Source: Octopus vulgaris (taxonomy: Eukaryota). From it: DNA of 64,000 nt. The DNA lies in assembly GCA_951406725.2 (NCBI GenBank), contig OX597816.1:47988001-48052000 (forward strand). Direction: 5' to 3'. This document shows positions 36,578 through 50,040 of the stretch, in pieces. The position numbers and the translations under genes are program-made. The notes beneath the pieces are model-generated. The model was not told the DNA's origin. It saw only the letters and a program-made list of their open reading frames with translations, and searched no databases. The first letter of the stretch is position 1. Every line of letters begins with the position of its first letter.

Positions 36578-37397
36578 TATATATATATAAAGTAAAACAT
36601 TCATTTACCAGTGGATGTTGTGTTAGACCTCACAAATACTGCAATATTTACCAAAAGATCATGAGGTATTTTTTACTATTTGGCATTAATAGTGCTTCTG
36701 TTGGTCACTTTCTTTTTTACTACACACACACACACACACACACACTCATTACTTTACTTGTTTCAATTATGAAACTGCAACCATTCTTGAGCATTGCCTT
36801 GAAGAAGATTAGTCTAACAAATCAACCCCAGTGATTATTTCAAGTCTGATGTTTATTCTATCAGTTTTCTTTTGCTCAACTGCTAAGTTATGACGCATAA
36901 ACAAACCATTAACAGTTGTCACATGGTAACAGAGGAACACAAAAACACACACATATATAGCAATCCAAACACACATATACATACAAACATACATACAGCA
37001 GGCTTCTGCACAGTTTCCGCTTGCCAGATTCAGTTCCAAGGCATGGGACTAGAAGACACTTGCCCAAGGTATTGCTTAGTAGGATGGAACTTGAAACTGT
37101 GCGATCGTAAACTTCCCAACCTCATGATCATACCTGAACAAATGTGTGTATACATGTGTATGTGTATTTGGTTGTGTGCATATGCATATGTGTGTGCGTG
37201 TGCATGTGTGTGTGTGTGTGTGCGTGTGCATGTTTATATGTATTGGTATGAGACGCATAAAAAATCAGTGCATCAAACAATGCAATACCTTGTGGTATTG
37301 GCTTCAGTCCTGCTTATGCATGTTTAAGGCCAGGTCAGTTTTAACTTTCTTCTTTCATGAGGTTGATAAAATGTTCCTAATTAAAAAATAATTTAAT

Positions 37398-37800
37398 AGG
37401 TGCAGGAGTGGCTGTGTGGTAAGTAGCTTTCTTACCAACCACATGGTTCCGGGTTCAGTCCCACTGTGTGGCATCTTGGGCAAGTGTCTTCTACTATAGC
37501 CTTAGGCTGACCAATGCCTTGTGGGTGGATTTGGTAGACGGAAACTGAAAGAAGCCTGTCGTATATATGTATATATATATATATATATGTGTGTGTGTAT
37601 GTTTGTGTGTCTGTGTTTGTCACCCTAGCATTGCTTGACAACCGATGCTGGTGTGTTTACGTCACCGTCACTTAGCAGTTCAGCAAAAGAGACCGATAGA
37701 ATAAGTACTGGGCTTACAAAGAATAAGTCCTGGGGTCGATTTGCTCGACTAAAGGCAGTGCCGCAGTCAAATGACTGAAACAAGTAAAAGTAAAAAAAAG
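37398..37800 (+). mobile_element. SINE family A
   Basis: Consensus match. Confidence 0.9.
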
Positions 37801-39049
37801 TAATGAGTTTGATATAATAAATACTGGACAAAGTACAGGAACCATTTTAATAATCTAAAGCACTAGAAGATATTGTTCCAGAAAGGTTACAGTTCAGTGG
37901 CTGAAACCAGTAAATGACCATGTTGTCTGTATTTAAAGTATACTGACTATTACAGCCAATACTATCTGAAAGAACCTGCGTTGTTATATATTCAGCTATG
38001 TGACCACATTTCTTTTTGCATTTAATTTGTGTTAGTCACTACTATTTTTTGTTCTCAGTTCAATCCCATCAGAGCCTACCTGAGTGGTAGACTTAATCTG
38101 TCCCCCAGTTTAACACCACCACCATCTGACACTTAGGTACTTTTAGAGAAGTCCATTCAATTTCAAGCATTCAGAACAGGTTCTGGTTTGAAGATACCTT
38201 CTTCTCATCAGTCTTGCAGGCCTGAGTAATGAGTCTTAGGCACCGCCCAGTGATATAGCTTATAGGGAAACAAAGAGAGCAACTGCTGCTCCAAGTACAT
38301 TTTTCTAATTTGACCCCTTCAACATATGAAATGGTATCAGATAGTTCCTGGGTCAGGCTTAAGAAAAAAAGCATCAGTCTGCTAGTAAATATTTCTTTAT
38401 GCTATAGGCACAAAACCTGAAATTTTAGTGGGAGGGAGCTTGTTGAAAACACTGACCCTAGTGTTCGACTACTATGTATTTTATCAACACCGAAAGGATG
38501 AAAGGCAAAATCAATCTTGGTGACATTTGAACTCAGAATGTAAAGCAGGAAGAAATACCACTAAACACTTTGTCTAGTACAGTAACAATTCTGTCAGCTT
38601 GCCACCAAATATGCTCGTAAATAATGTATTTCATATAACATTTATATTCTGGTATCATTCTCTTTGAAATGGTCTCCTTTGGGAAGGTGTACAGTGATTC
38701 TAGTACACCATCCATATTTCAGAAGCTCTACAGAAGACCTCTTTATGAAAGCTGTTCAATACTATCTACAATTCTGTCCAAATTTCTACTCTCTTGAAGC
38801 AGCACCTCTAATTTCAGTTTGGGAAACAAAGCAAAGTTACAGGGGTAGTTGAAGACACTTGCCTGAGGTGCCATGCTGTGGGGTTGAACCCGGAACCATG
38901 TGGTTGGGAAGCAAACTTCTTACCACACAGCCATGCCTTTAATTTTTACTACAAATGTGCACAGTACTTCTACTTGATGGCCTCTGTCCAATTATCTTAA
39001 ATAAGTGTAATAGAACAGAGGCTGTCAAGTGGAAGTAAAAGCAATAATG

Positions 39050-40980
39050 TGAAAAAGACTCATGAATTAATTACTGTGGGTGTTAAACTTGATGTGTTAC
39101 AAAGATTTGATTCAGAAGAAGAGCAGTCATATTCAACAGAGAGAACAATACATGACAAAATAGTTTAAAATAAGGTCAAGTATTCAAACAGCTACTCTAT
39201 AAACAGGGTGAACATTGTCTTTATAGAGCTAATGTAATACTTAATATGGAACAGCTCCTTAATGTGTGGTTTTGATGATAAAACTAGATGCAAATGTGCC
39301 AATTAGCATGGAAATTAAGTAAATAAAATCCAGAAGTTTTATGATCTATAGAAAAGGGAAGATGTAACACCCAATTCAAAACCTTCTTAGATTAGTAGAG
39401 GCTAGTTTGGAAGGTTTAAAAGGTGCATGAATTTGCACTATATTAAAATGACTGATGAAGGTGACAGTTCTCTGAAACAGAAACTGTTACTTATTATGTT
39501 GTGGAGCTGAAGAAAATTATTGTTGAAGGAGGTTATACACCAGAACAAGGGTACAAGGTTAATGAAATTAAGGTTTTCTGAAAATGCATAACCTACTAGA
39601 AATTTCATGAGGTGTATTCAAGCAGTTTTAACTGTTCTAGATAATTGTAATTTTAGCATGCCATTACTATACATCCAAAAAGCTGATCTTCTGACTTTTG
39701 CTACTCCAGACTGAAGGAAGCAGTTGTAAGAGCACTTTGAAAACATCCAACTAAACACTGCTTGTTACTGCTGGCTAGCAATAAAGTTTTGCTATACAAT
39801 ACAAGTTTTGCTATACAAGTTTTGTGCTGAACTGGGTAAAAATGCAAGAGAAACTTATGAAATGCTCCAGACTGCTGATGGATCAACTTTTTGCAAGCAC
39901 AAGAGCTTCAAAAACAGTAGAGAAGAGGTGAGAAATGATGAGAAGTGCAGGAGTGAGAGGTATGTCAGAATATCAACACTAGTTGAGAAAATTTGCAGTT
40001 TTCTGGATGTGTCTATAAAGACAATAAGCACACAATCTGGAGTTAGTGTAGCAACTGTGCACAAAATTATTAATAAGGATCTGAAAATGTGCAAAATTAG
40101 TGCAAAGTTTGTTTTCAGGGTGCTCAGTGACAAGCACCTTGGTAACCAACTACTTGACAGAGATAAGTATCAAAACTGTCCTTCACCCTCCCTACAATCC
40201 AGATGCTGCTTCCTGTGACTTTTAGTTGTTTTCCAAGCTGAAGGAGAACCTCAAGAGGCTATGACAAGAGTCTTGGACACTTCCACTTTGGAGGCCTTCA
40301 GAAAGTGGCTGGATTGCTACAAGTGCTTTGGAGGAGATGAGAGTTTTGTTCTTCTTTGAAATTTATAAAAGTTTTCCCTGAAAAATTCTGAAAACTTCTG
40401 GAATGTACTTTGTAGGTCTGTCAGAGGAAAATCAGCACTAGGTTTTAAAGCTTTCAGAAATCATCTGCTATCTCTTGTAGGAAGAAATGCTGTTGGTGAT
40501 ATGAAGTCAAGGCCTCTACTTGTGTATCACTTCAAAAACACAAGGGCTTTCAAGGACGGTGCTAAATTTAATGTACGTGACTTACATCATTGTCATAAGC
40601 AAAAAATCTACATCAAGTCCAGCAAGATATTTTGACATTAACAAATAATGCAGGCTTTGAAGTCATAGAAGACAATATAGTTGAATTGCCGGAGGCTCAT
40701 ATAAAAAGTTTGTTTAATGAAGAACCAATGTCATTAGAACAAAAAGAGGGCATAAAAGCTGAATCCATTTCACTTTAACTGATTGCAAGAATATGGTTAA
40801 AGAGTTGGAACTTTTAGAGAAAAGTCAATAAATCTTTGTTGATATTCATCCTAATTGTGAAAGTAACACTGAAATTACAAGAGAATTTCATGATGAGATT
40901 CATTCCTAAACTAAGAGATGGCATGCCATAAATGCCAAGCAATTTGGATAGATTCTTCACTCCTCTATTAAAGGCTGATG
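39050..40980 (+). mobile_element. Degenerate Tigger/pogo transposon
   Basis: Decayed RFK..NLH.IKMT.E, EGGYTPEQ..E, then GFKA..GRNAVGDMKSRPLLVYHFKNTRAFK; split by a mariner. Confidence 0.7.
39609..40414 (+). mobile_element. Deleted mariner element nested in the Tigger
   Basis: ORF 39808..40218: KFCAELGKNARETYEML..VHKIINKDLKMCKISAKFV; weak TIRs. Confidence 0.7.
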
Positions 40981-40991
40981 GTGATCTGCTG

Positions 40992-41652
40992 CAATGGTTC
41001 TCAACTGGGGCTCACATGGCCCTAGGGGATCCACATAAGATTTTGTTGCTAAAATTTATGTACAATAAATTGGTTGTGCTTCTCCAATACTCTTTTACTT
41101 GTTTCAGTCATTTGACTGTGGCCATGCTGGAGCACCACCTTTGGTCGAGCAAATCAACCCCAGGACTTATTCTTTGGAAGCCTAGTACTTATTCTATCGG
41201 TCTCTTTTGCTGAACTGCTAAGTTACAGGGACATAAACACTCCAGCATCGGTTGTCAAGCGATTTTGGGGGGACAAACACAGACACACAAACATATACAC
41301 ACACACATACATATTATATATATTTATTCATATTTACAACGGGTTTCTTTCAGTTGCCATCTACCAAATCCACTTACAAGGCTTTGGTTGGCCTGAGGCT
41401 ATAGTAGAAGACACTTGCCCAAGGTGCCACTCAGTGGGGCTGAACCCGGAACCATGTGGTTCATAAGCAAGCTACTCCCTCACCTACACAAAATACACAA
41501 AATATTTTAGCAATTTCTTAATACAGTTCCTAATAATATCTAATTATAAAAATATAATGGTATTTTTTAAATATCAAATGGCTATGAGGATATACCCAAA
41601 CAAAATAAGAATCAAAGGGGACCATAGGAAAAAAAATGGTCGGAAACTACTG
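40992..41652. mobile_element. hAT-like MITE containing a family A SINE (41088-41478, minus)
   Basis: Ends caatggttctcaac and gtcggaaactactg; only a partial 8-bp target duplication. Confidence 0.5.
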
Positions 41653-42052
41653 ATCTACAAGGAAGAAGACAGTAATTCTCTTAAAAATAAAAAAGGTAAA
41701 GTTACCTTTCCAAGTCATGTTGACTCATAAGGACCAGTTTCCTGGTTTCCATGGTATATATACTCCCCATCAGGATGGGACACTGGGCCATCACTTAATT
41801 ACTCTCTTTTTCCAGCTGAGTGAACTGGAGCAACATGAAATGAAGTGCTCTGCTCAAGAACAGAATGTGTCGCCTGGCCCAAGAATCAAAACCACAGTCT
41901 TACAATCATGAGTCCAATATCCTAACCACTAAGCCATGCACCACCACAAATACTTCACTTCAACACAAGTAACTATCAGTGTTAGGTAATACATAGTAGC
42001 ACCCTACTATGATATTACTACATACTTATTTATTCTTTATTTATTTGTTTTC

Positions 42053-42210
42053 AGGGGTGGCAGTGTGTTAAGAAGCTTGCACGCCAACCACATGGTTCTG
42101 GGTTCAGTCCCACTGCATGGCACCTTGAGTAAGTGTCTTCTACTATAGCCTCAGGCTGACCAAAGCCTTGTCAGTGGATTTGCTTGAGGAAAACTGAAAG
42201 AAGCCTGTTT

Positions 42211-42244
<34 letters not shown>

Positions 42245-42510
42245 TGTATGTATGCATGTATGTATGTATGTATGTATGTATGTATATATGTATATATTCG
42301 TGTGTGTGTCTATGTTTGTCCCCCAACCATCGCTTGACCAATATTAGTGTGTTTACGTCTCCGTAACTTAGCGGTTCAGTTAAAGAGACCTATAGAATAA
42401 GTACTAAGCTTATAAAGAGCAAGTCCTGGGGTCGATTTGTTTGACTAAAGGCAGTACTCCAGCATGGTCGCAGTCAAATGACTGAAACAAGTAAAAGAAT
42501 AAAAGAATAA
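42053..42510 (+). mobile_element. SINE family A
   Basis: Consensus match. Confidence 0.85.
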
Positions 42511-43333
42511 ATGTTTTTATGTATAAAAGCTGCAACGTATGAGTTTACAAATTATTATTTTAATGCATAAAACTGGATGCACAGTTTATTTTATTCTGAA
42601 GAATTCCATCACAAGGAATCTGAATGTATAATATGGAAGTCAGTGGGAAAATAGTTTCCATGTATGATAATTCCATATTATGATAAGATCTTCAGGAACA
42701 CAACACAATCCTTCTGTAAAGTGGTGCTGCCTGTTTATTCGTTTTGCATGGTAGTAACCAATTTGGTGTTTCTAGCTTTAGATGTTGCTGAGAAACTAAA
42801 GTGAACAGTCAAGCAAACAAACTGAACAAAACATAAAACTAGAGTCAGTTGATATTTTGATGGTTGGGCATGTTTGAAATGATGCACAGGAAATGGAACA
42901 GCACTCTAGATTATTGAATGAATAAATGCTTTAGTAGAAGATAGGCGAAGAGTGAAATGAGTCTGTGAAATGATGCTGAGTTCATGCAATATATTTTCTT
43001 CATTTTTGGTGTTTATAATCTTTAGAGAAGTCATAGAAGATACAACTCCTGTTCCTGTGTCTGCCAAAACAACTATTAATCTGAGTAAGGCAACTGATAA
43101 CCACTTCAGCATATCCTTGACCAAAAGTCTATAACTGTCTCAGAGTTTTTTTATGTTTTTGTCAGGAAGGAAGGTAGTACCAGTACATAAAAAAAGGGCA
43201 CCATGACACACATCAAATAATTTTTAATTCTTATATAAATCAAAATATTTCATTAGTTAAAATATTACATAATTGTAGTCTACATTCATTAAATTCATGT
43301 TTCAGTAACAATGTTATATTATTTATTAAACTT

Positions 43334-43550
43334 AAGGTGGCAAGTTGGCAGAATCGTTAGCATGCAGGGTGAAATGCTTAATGGTGTTTTGTCTGTCTTT
43401 ACGTTCTGAGTTCAAATTCCGCTGAGGTTGACTTTGCCTTCCATCATTTTGGGGTCGATAAATTAAGTACCAGTTGCGTACTGGGTCTATCTAATTGACT
43501 GGCACCTTCCCCCAAAATTTCAGGCCTTGTGCATAGAGTAGAAAAGATTA
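43334..43550 (+). mobile_element. SINE family B
   Basis: Consensus match. Confidence 0.85.
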
Positions 43551-46500
43551 TGTATGAAACATACAACTACTGATAGAGGTAACTAAATTTTTTTTTTTTA
43601 AATTGTTGAAAATTGCCAAATTTCAAAAATGTGCTTGGAGGAGCAGTTGGTCCCCTTGCTTCCCTATTAGCTACACCGCTGGGCAATGCCCATAACTCTT
43701 TACTAGGGCCTAAAAGACTAATAGGCAGAAGGTATCTTCAAACCAGAAACCTGTTCTGAATGCTTGAGATTGAATGAACTTCTCTAAAAGTACCTAAGTG
43801 TCAGATGGTGGTGGTGGTGTCAAACTGGGGTGACAAATTAAGTCTACCACTCAGGTAGGCTCTGATGGGATTGAACTGAGAACAAAAACCATTAAGTGTC
43901 TGGGCCAACATTCTTATACTTCCATCCTAGATTGGTACTTTTCTTTTGCATTCCTAGCAGGATGGAAAACAAATATGTCCTCAGCCTGATTTGAACCCAG
44001 AACTCAGAGTTGCAACAAATATATTTCAACTGATGTTCTAGATAATTCACATTTTTGAAAATCTTTCTCTACAATAGAATTGTTTTTTTTATATTAATTT
44101 TTTCCCCTCTTCATGGGATAGTTTCTGATTGAGCAATGATATTCATTTTAATAATCACATGCTCTGGGCTTTTAGGAGCCATGCTGTGGACTTCATAAAA
44201 AAAACTCTCCATGTAATATCATCATACAAAACGCTTATCTGTAAGCATTCACCTAAAACTGAAATATTTGTATATATGTCAGTAATATCCCAATAATAGG
44301 ATTATTAAAGAAATTAAAATTTTAAGAGACTGGTTTAATAAACGTTTGCTATCGCTGTACGAGAAAACAGCTGAATGTTGGCCTCCCTATTGCTAATAAA
44401 TCAGCCACATGATAGATATGAAACCTGTTATCAGTGAGGCAAACTGAGACAAGCTGTGATTTGTGCATTGCTTTGGGTCATGATATAAAATGGAAGTAAT
44501 AAAGTTATCATGTGTTTTCAAGTGGCCACTTGCAGAGAAATAAAATTTCATAACTATTGTGTTACTTTGAGAAATGTATATGTTTTTGAAGAGCAAAATT
44601 AAAACAGAATTAGTTAAAGCACTCAAAATCACAACATATATTCAGATCATTCAGAACCTATCTTCCCTACTAAAACACCCATTCATTCAACAATCTAGAT
44701 AGCTGTTACATTTTTGCTCACTGTTGCAAACATGTTCAACCATCAAAATACCAGGTGCCTCTGGTTTTGTGTTTTGTCCGGTTTGTTTGCTTGATCATTC
44801 ACCTTGGAATACCAGAAACTACTGAATATAAAAACTCCAAAATTACAAAAATTCTAGAACTCACATTCTAATATTAGTTTCAAATTTTGGCACAAGGCAA
44901 GCAAGTTTGGGAGTTGGGTAGTGATTACATCGGCACCACTTCTCAACTGGTCCTTATTTTATTGACCCCAAAAGGATGATAGACAAAGTTGACCTCATTG
45001 GAATTTGAACTCAGAACATAGAATTGGATGAAATGCTATGAAGCATTTTGCCCATCGTGCTAACGATTCTGCCAACCCACCACCCTCTCTTACATTGTAA
45101 TATTGATTCTAATTTTGACAAAAGACCAAAGATTTTTGAAGAAAGGGGGCCATTAATTGAATAAATCAATGTCATCATTATGCTTTTATCATCGCTATTC
45201 CAACATCCCCTTTTCCATGCTCTCATGAGTCAGATGGAATTTGCTGAGGTAGATTTCTCTACAGCCAAATCCCCTTACTGTTGCCAACCCTCAGCTGTTT
45301 CTGGACAAGGTACCATTTCCAGACATGTTTTTCGCAAAAGATTGGAAATGAAGAAAATCCCTTGTATGATGATGAACAACCATTACATGATGTCAAGACA
45401 AAGCTAAGCGCGCGCGCGCACACACACACACACACATTTCTACAAGATAAGACTGAACATGAAACCATGTGGTTGGGAAGCAAACTTCTCAGCCATACTA
45501 CCATGCCCATGCCTTTATACTTTTAGTTATTTCATTAACCACAAAATAAAACTTAAAAGCAAAGTTAACAGTGGTAAGATTTGAACCCAAAATGCTCTGT
45601 GGTATTACACCCAGTACTCTAATGTCTCTGCCACTCCATCACACCACTCTGGTATTATAATGTTCATCAAAGGCAGATTTTTACACAAAGATATTCTAAT
45701 ACTTCCTTCGCATACTACCAATCCTCCAGAATGTGCTTGCAAATTTGTTACAAGCATAGCTGCCTCATTAAAAATGATAGAGATTATTGTGATGTTTCTG
45801 AAATAGAAATTAATTTGAACTTTCCCTTTGAATCAAATCCTGAAGATTGTAGGCTGTAAATGAATGAGGAATATCTTATAGATTAGTTTATATTTCCTTT
45901 TGACAGGTTTGATTAAGCAAATTTCCTGGGAAATAAACATTGAGAACTAATGCATAAAACATGTAGTCATGCTTTCAACAAGATACAAGTGCATAATTAA
46001 ACCGTCTTTGATATATTGATATTTAACACAGAATATAGGAAAATGAATATTGATTAACAAATTAGATATCGCAATCTTTATAAACAACTTAAAATAACAT
46101 AGGAAATCAACATTTGTATAAACATTTTAAAATAACACAGGAAATATCTAAATAAATATTTGGTTAGCAAAATGTAACGTAAAAGTAAAAAAAAAACAAC
46201 ATTTTTAATAGAATAATATTTGACAATAAACTGTAAAAATAGATAAAATGAACATTGATTCACAAATTAGATTTAAAAAATCTTTATTTAAACAAATAAC
46301 ATTAAGAAATACTTTAAGATTTTACTCAACTTGATTTTTAGTTTTATGAATGAGGAATATATCTCTCTTTGTATGGTGTGTTATCTTTAACAGAGTATCT
46401 AGAAAATCTGGTATCTATTTTACAACGCGATAAACTGACAAATTGCTTGGCTTGTTTCATATTTTGCCTAATGTATCATGTAATTTGAGAGTCTCTCTTC

Positions 46501-46762
46501 ATTGTTCTGACAGATACCTTCAGCAAAGAATTACCAATTGTTGGGTCAGTTGCATTAGACAGTGGAAATGGATGTTATGGTGATGAAAGTAAAATGAATC
46601 CTTGCTTCAAGTGACATTTTTTTCTTTAATTTCTAAATTGTTACTCATTTTTTTCCTGAAACCATTACTGATTAAATGAGTACGTGTGCATGCATGTGTG
46701 TGTGTGTGTGTGTGTTTAAATTCATGACGGTGTGTGTGTGTAAATATACATACATACATACA

Positions 46763-46822
<60 letters not shown>

Positions 46823-47128
46823 CGTATGTATGTACATATATGTGTGTGTGTGCGCGCGTGTTTGTATATATATAAATATATATATATACAGGGTGCAATG
46901 GGTAAATTTTCGCCATTTTATATTTTTGATTTCATGCTATTGCATTGTTTGCAATACATGGAAATGATATGCTGTACTGTTTGCCATTCACACCAATAGC
47001 TCCAATATGAATATTTCAGAGTGGTTGGGTGTCAATCTGGGGACAGTGCAATCTGAGGACATGTACCAAGAATGATAAAAATCAAACATCCAGTCAACAT
47101 CATGGTGTTTGGAGTGATCATTAGTGAT

Positions 47129-49000
47129 GTTAGTTAGTTAGTTAGTTAGTTAGTTAATTTGGCTCAAAAGCAAATAGCAAGGCCATGTAGGGGGACATGG
47201 AGTTAAGTACAGGGTGGTGTTCATGTAAAGAGTTCAGGCCACTTGAGGTCCAGGGAGGCTTTGAACAAAGCGGTTGTCGGCATCTTCACCATCTCGTCTG
47301 GCAGCTTGTTCCACGGATCCGCAACCCGGATGGAGAAAGCTCCTCTCCTTCGATTGAGATGAAATCGTCGCAGGTAGAGCTTTTCGGAATGACCCCGCAG
47401 CCGACGCTCCGGAGCAGGAGTGAAGAACAGCTCTTTCGAGAGGTTACACTTCCCGCTTATGATGTTGTGGGCAAGAATGAGATCACCACGGTGGCGGCGT
47501 TTTTCAAGAGAACAAAGGTCGAGCGTACTCAGCCTTTCTTCGTAGGACAAATTTTTGAGACCATGAACCATGCGGGTAGCCAGCCTCTGGACTCTTTCGA
47601 GGTGCTGTATGTCTTTGAGGAGATAAGGAGAAGAGGCTTGAATCCCATACTCCAATATGGGTCTCACCAGCGTGACATAGAGTGGCAGGAATATGGCTGC
47701 TGTGAGCATTCCAAATGACCGTCGAATCAAAAACAGAATTCCGCGCGCTTTGTTGGCAGCATGGACGCACTGGGCCGAAGGCGAAAAGGAGGAATCCACC
47801 AAGATACCCAGGTCCTTTACCTGATCGGTCCTCTCCAGCAGCAGACGACCCGGCTCGAAATCAAGTTGAGTTGCAGGAGTAGAGCCGACAGGCAGATGAC
47901 AGCACTTTGACACGTTCAGACACAGGTCCCAATCGTTAGACCACTTCCAAATTTGGTGGAGGCATCGACGAAGATCCTCTATACTACCGCGAGGAGCGAC
48001 CAGTTTGATATCGTCGGCAAATAGAAGGGTGTGTTGCGTGAGGTCGTCGGGCAAGTCATTTATGAAGACTAAGAACAACAAGGGCCCAAGCACTGAACCT
48101 TGAGGCACGCCACTGCTCGCACTGGAGACGTCGGACCACGAACCATTAACTTGAACTTGGAAGGAGCGATCTGAGAGGAAGGCACCAACCCATCGTACAA
48201 TATCCGGATGGAAACTATATGCTTGAAGCTTGACAAGTAGTAGGCGGTGGTTTACCGAGTCAAAAGCTTTGGCAAAGTCCAATAAAACGATGTCAACAGC
48301 ATCACTATCATCGAGGATGCGCGTCACCAATTCTTCCATTACTAGTAAGTTGGTCAAGCATGATCTCTTCGGCACGAAGCCGTGTTGGGAATCAATGATC
48401 GAGGCTGTGTTTAGGAGGTGGAGCATCATACTTTTCTTAAGGATGGTTTCGAACATCTTGCTGATTATTGATGTAAGGGAAACCGGTCGGTAGTTAAGCG
48501 GGTCTTCGCGGCTCCCTTTCTTGAAAATTGGGCAGATTATCGCTGTTCTCCAGTCTGCAGGTATAACACCCATCGCCAATGACATATTGAATAGTCGTGT
48601 TAAGGGCTCGCAGATGACCGGAGCCAACGTTTTGATAACCCGTGGGTGTATGCCGTCAGGGCCGTGACCCTTGTTGACATCGAGGCCTTGAATAACACGT
48701 TTGACTTGGTCCCGCGTGATGATCAATCGAAGCATTGGAGGTACCGATCTATCAAATGGAGGGGGTTCACGACCATCATCTTGTTTGAAAATAGTTGAAA
48801 AAGCCTCGGCAAATAATTGACTCTGTTGATAAGGGTCCTCAATCGATACGCCTGTTGAGTCTACCAACGTTGCAATCTGGTTGTTCAAGCGGGAATTCCG
48901 CTGGACATGGGCAAAGAAGGTTTTTGGATTGCTACTGGCATTTGCCGCGATTTTGTATTCATAACTGAAGCGTTCTTTCTTTTCAATTTTCACGGCTCGG
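47129..49000 (-). mobile_element. Young 5'-truncated CR1-group LINE with (TAAC)n tail
   Basis: Uninterrupted RT ORF, short 3' UTR, tail at 47129-47156. Confidence 0.9.
47221..48993 (-). CDS. CR1-type reverse transcriptase (no endonuclease domain; 5'-truncated)
   Basis: GPDGIHP, NYRPVSLTS, QHGF, DFAKAFDSV, GVPQGSVLGPLLF, FADD, KDLGI, LERVQR. Confidence 0.9.
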   Translation of the reverse strand: MKIEKKERFSYEYKIAANASSNPKTFFAHVQRNSRLNNQIATLVDSTGVSIEDPYQQSQLFAEAFSTIFKQDDGREPPPFDRSVPPMLRLIITRDQVKRVIQGLDVNKGHGPDGIHPRVIKTLAPVICEPLTRLFNMSLAMGVIPADWRTAIICPIFKKGSREDPLNYRPVSLTSIISKMFETILKKSMMLHLLNTASIIDSQHGFVPKRSCLTNLLVMEELVTRILDDSDAVDIVLLDFAKAFDSVNHRLLLVKLQAYSFHPDIVRWVGAFLSDRSFQVQVNGSWSDVSSASSGVPQGSVLGPLLFLVFINDLPDDLTQHTLLFADDIKLVAPRGSIEDLRRCLHQIWKWSNDWDLCLNVSKCCHLPVGSTPATQLDFEPGRLLLERTDQVKDLGILVDSSFSPSAQCVHAANKARGILFLIRRSFGMLTAAIFLPLYVTLVRPILEYGIQASSPYLLKDIQHLERVQRLATRMVHGLKNLSYEERLSTLDLCSLEKRRHRGDLILAHNIISGKCNLSKELFFTPAPERRLRGHSEKLYLRRFHLNRRRGAFSIRVADPWNKLPDEMVKMPTTALFKASLDLKWPELFT

Positions 49001-49541
49001 GTGACGTTATGCCACCATTCAGCTTCTCACACAGCCTGAGACTCAACATGGAGTCCTACATCAAGTGTCTGGAGGAGGTAGTGCTGCCCTGGCTCAAGAG
49101 GGTGGCTGCTGGAAGACCTATGTCTGGCAACAGGACTCTGCAGCATGCCATACAAGCTGGAGAACCCAGACAATTTCTGCAACCACATCACCCCTAACAT
49201 CTGGCCATCTAAATCCTCAGACTGCAACCCTCTTGATTATGTGAGGGAACAGTTGAGGGAGAGACCAACAAAAGTCCTTGTAACACCAAAGATGAACCGA
49301 AGGCAAGGATTATGGCAGCATTCACCAACTTAAGCAAGGAGACTGTCCAGAAGAACTGCAGAAGATTCTGAAGTTATCTGGAGGCTGTGGTTGAAGCCAA
49401 TGGTGATTTTATTGAATAAATTTACTCTTTAGTATTTCAAGATATTGTTATATAATTTTGGTAAATATATTTGTTAAAATGAGATGTCAGTGTCGTTTTC
49501 ATTTTTGCATAATTTAGATGACAGTTTAATCACCGCACCCC

Positions 49542-49629
<88 letters not shown>

Positions 49630-49661
49630 ATATGTATGTATGTATATATATATGTATATAT

Positions 49662-49983
49662 AAGAATGTTTTGCTTAATGAGATTAAAAACCAATGCTGT
49701 GTAGATATTAGAACATTTATAGATATAAGGTCTTACAGCTGTTTCCAGGATATTTATTTATTATATCCCTTCATCAAAGATGGTATGAGAGGATGGTTAA
49801 GTAATAATTAATTTAGATAGGATACAAAATAGAGAGTGAGGTGGAGGAAGGAAAATAGATGTGAGATATGTAGGGATATTGAATTTGTAGATCCAATTTT
49901 TAGACAGAATGGTATGTATGTAAGATTCCACTATCTTATGAGAAAAATCCAACAGTATTTAAGATTGTTCATTCCAAGTATAA

Positions 49984-49985
<2 letters not shown>
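49662..49985 (-). mobile_element. Penelope-like pseudo-LTR fragment with hammerhead (49731-49780)
   Basis: Paralogue of 6300-6620; lies between TA-rich microsatellites. Confidence 0.65.

Positions 49986-50036
<51 letters not shown>

Positions 50037-50040
<4 letters not shown>

Larger units (their letters stand above)
46889..49542 (+). mobile_element. Deleted Tc1/mariner (maT/DD37D-like) element hosting the CR1 insertion
   Basis: KHPVNIMVFGVIISD before and GDVMPPF..WQQD..IWPSKSSDCNPLDY after the LINE; imperfect TIRs cagggtgc/gcaccccg flanked by TA. Confidence 0.75.

Noticed and set aside
39448-39495. ctgatga...gaaacagaaactgtt hammerhead-like string
   Set aside because: Stem I does not pair at the core, and it lies in the Tigger coding frame
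42906-43124. Signal-peptide-like 72-aa ORF
   Set aside because: No recognisable domain; it partly overlaps a decayed duplicated segment whose partner does not preserve the frame
45640-46615. Short open frames after AG acceptors (NITIISIIFNEAAML... on minus; DTFSKELPIVG... on plus)
   Set aside because: Opposite strands, about 33 codons each, no homology recognised; expected by chance
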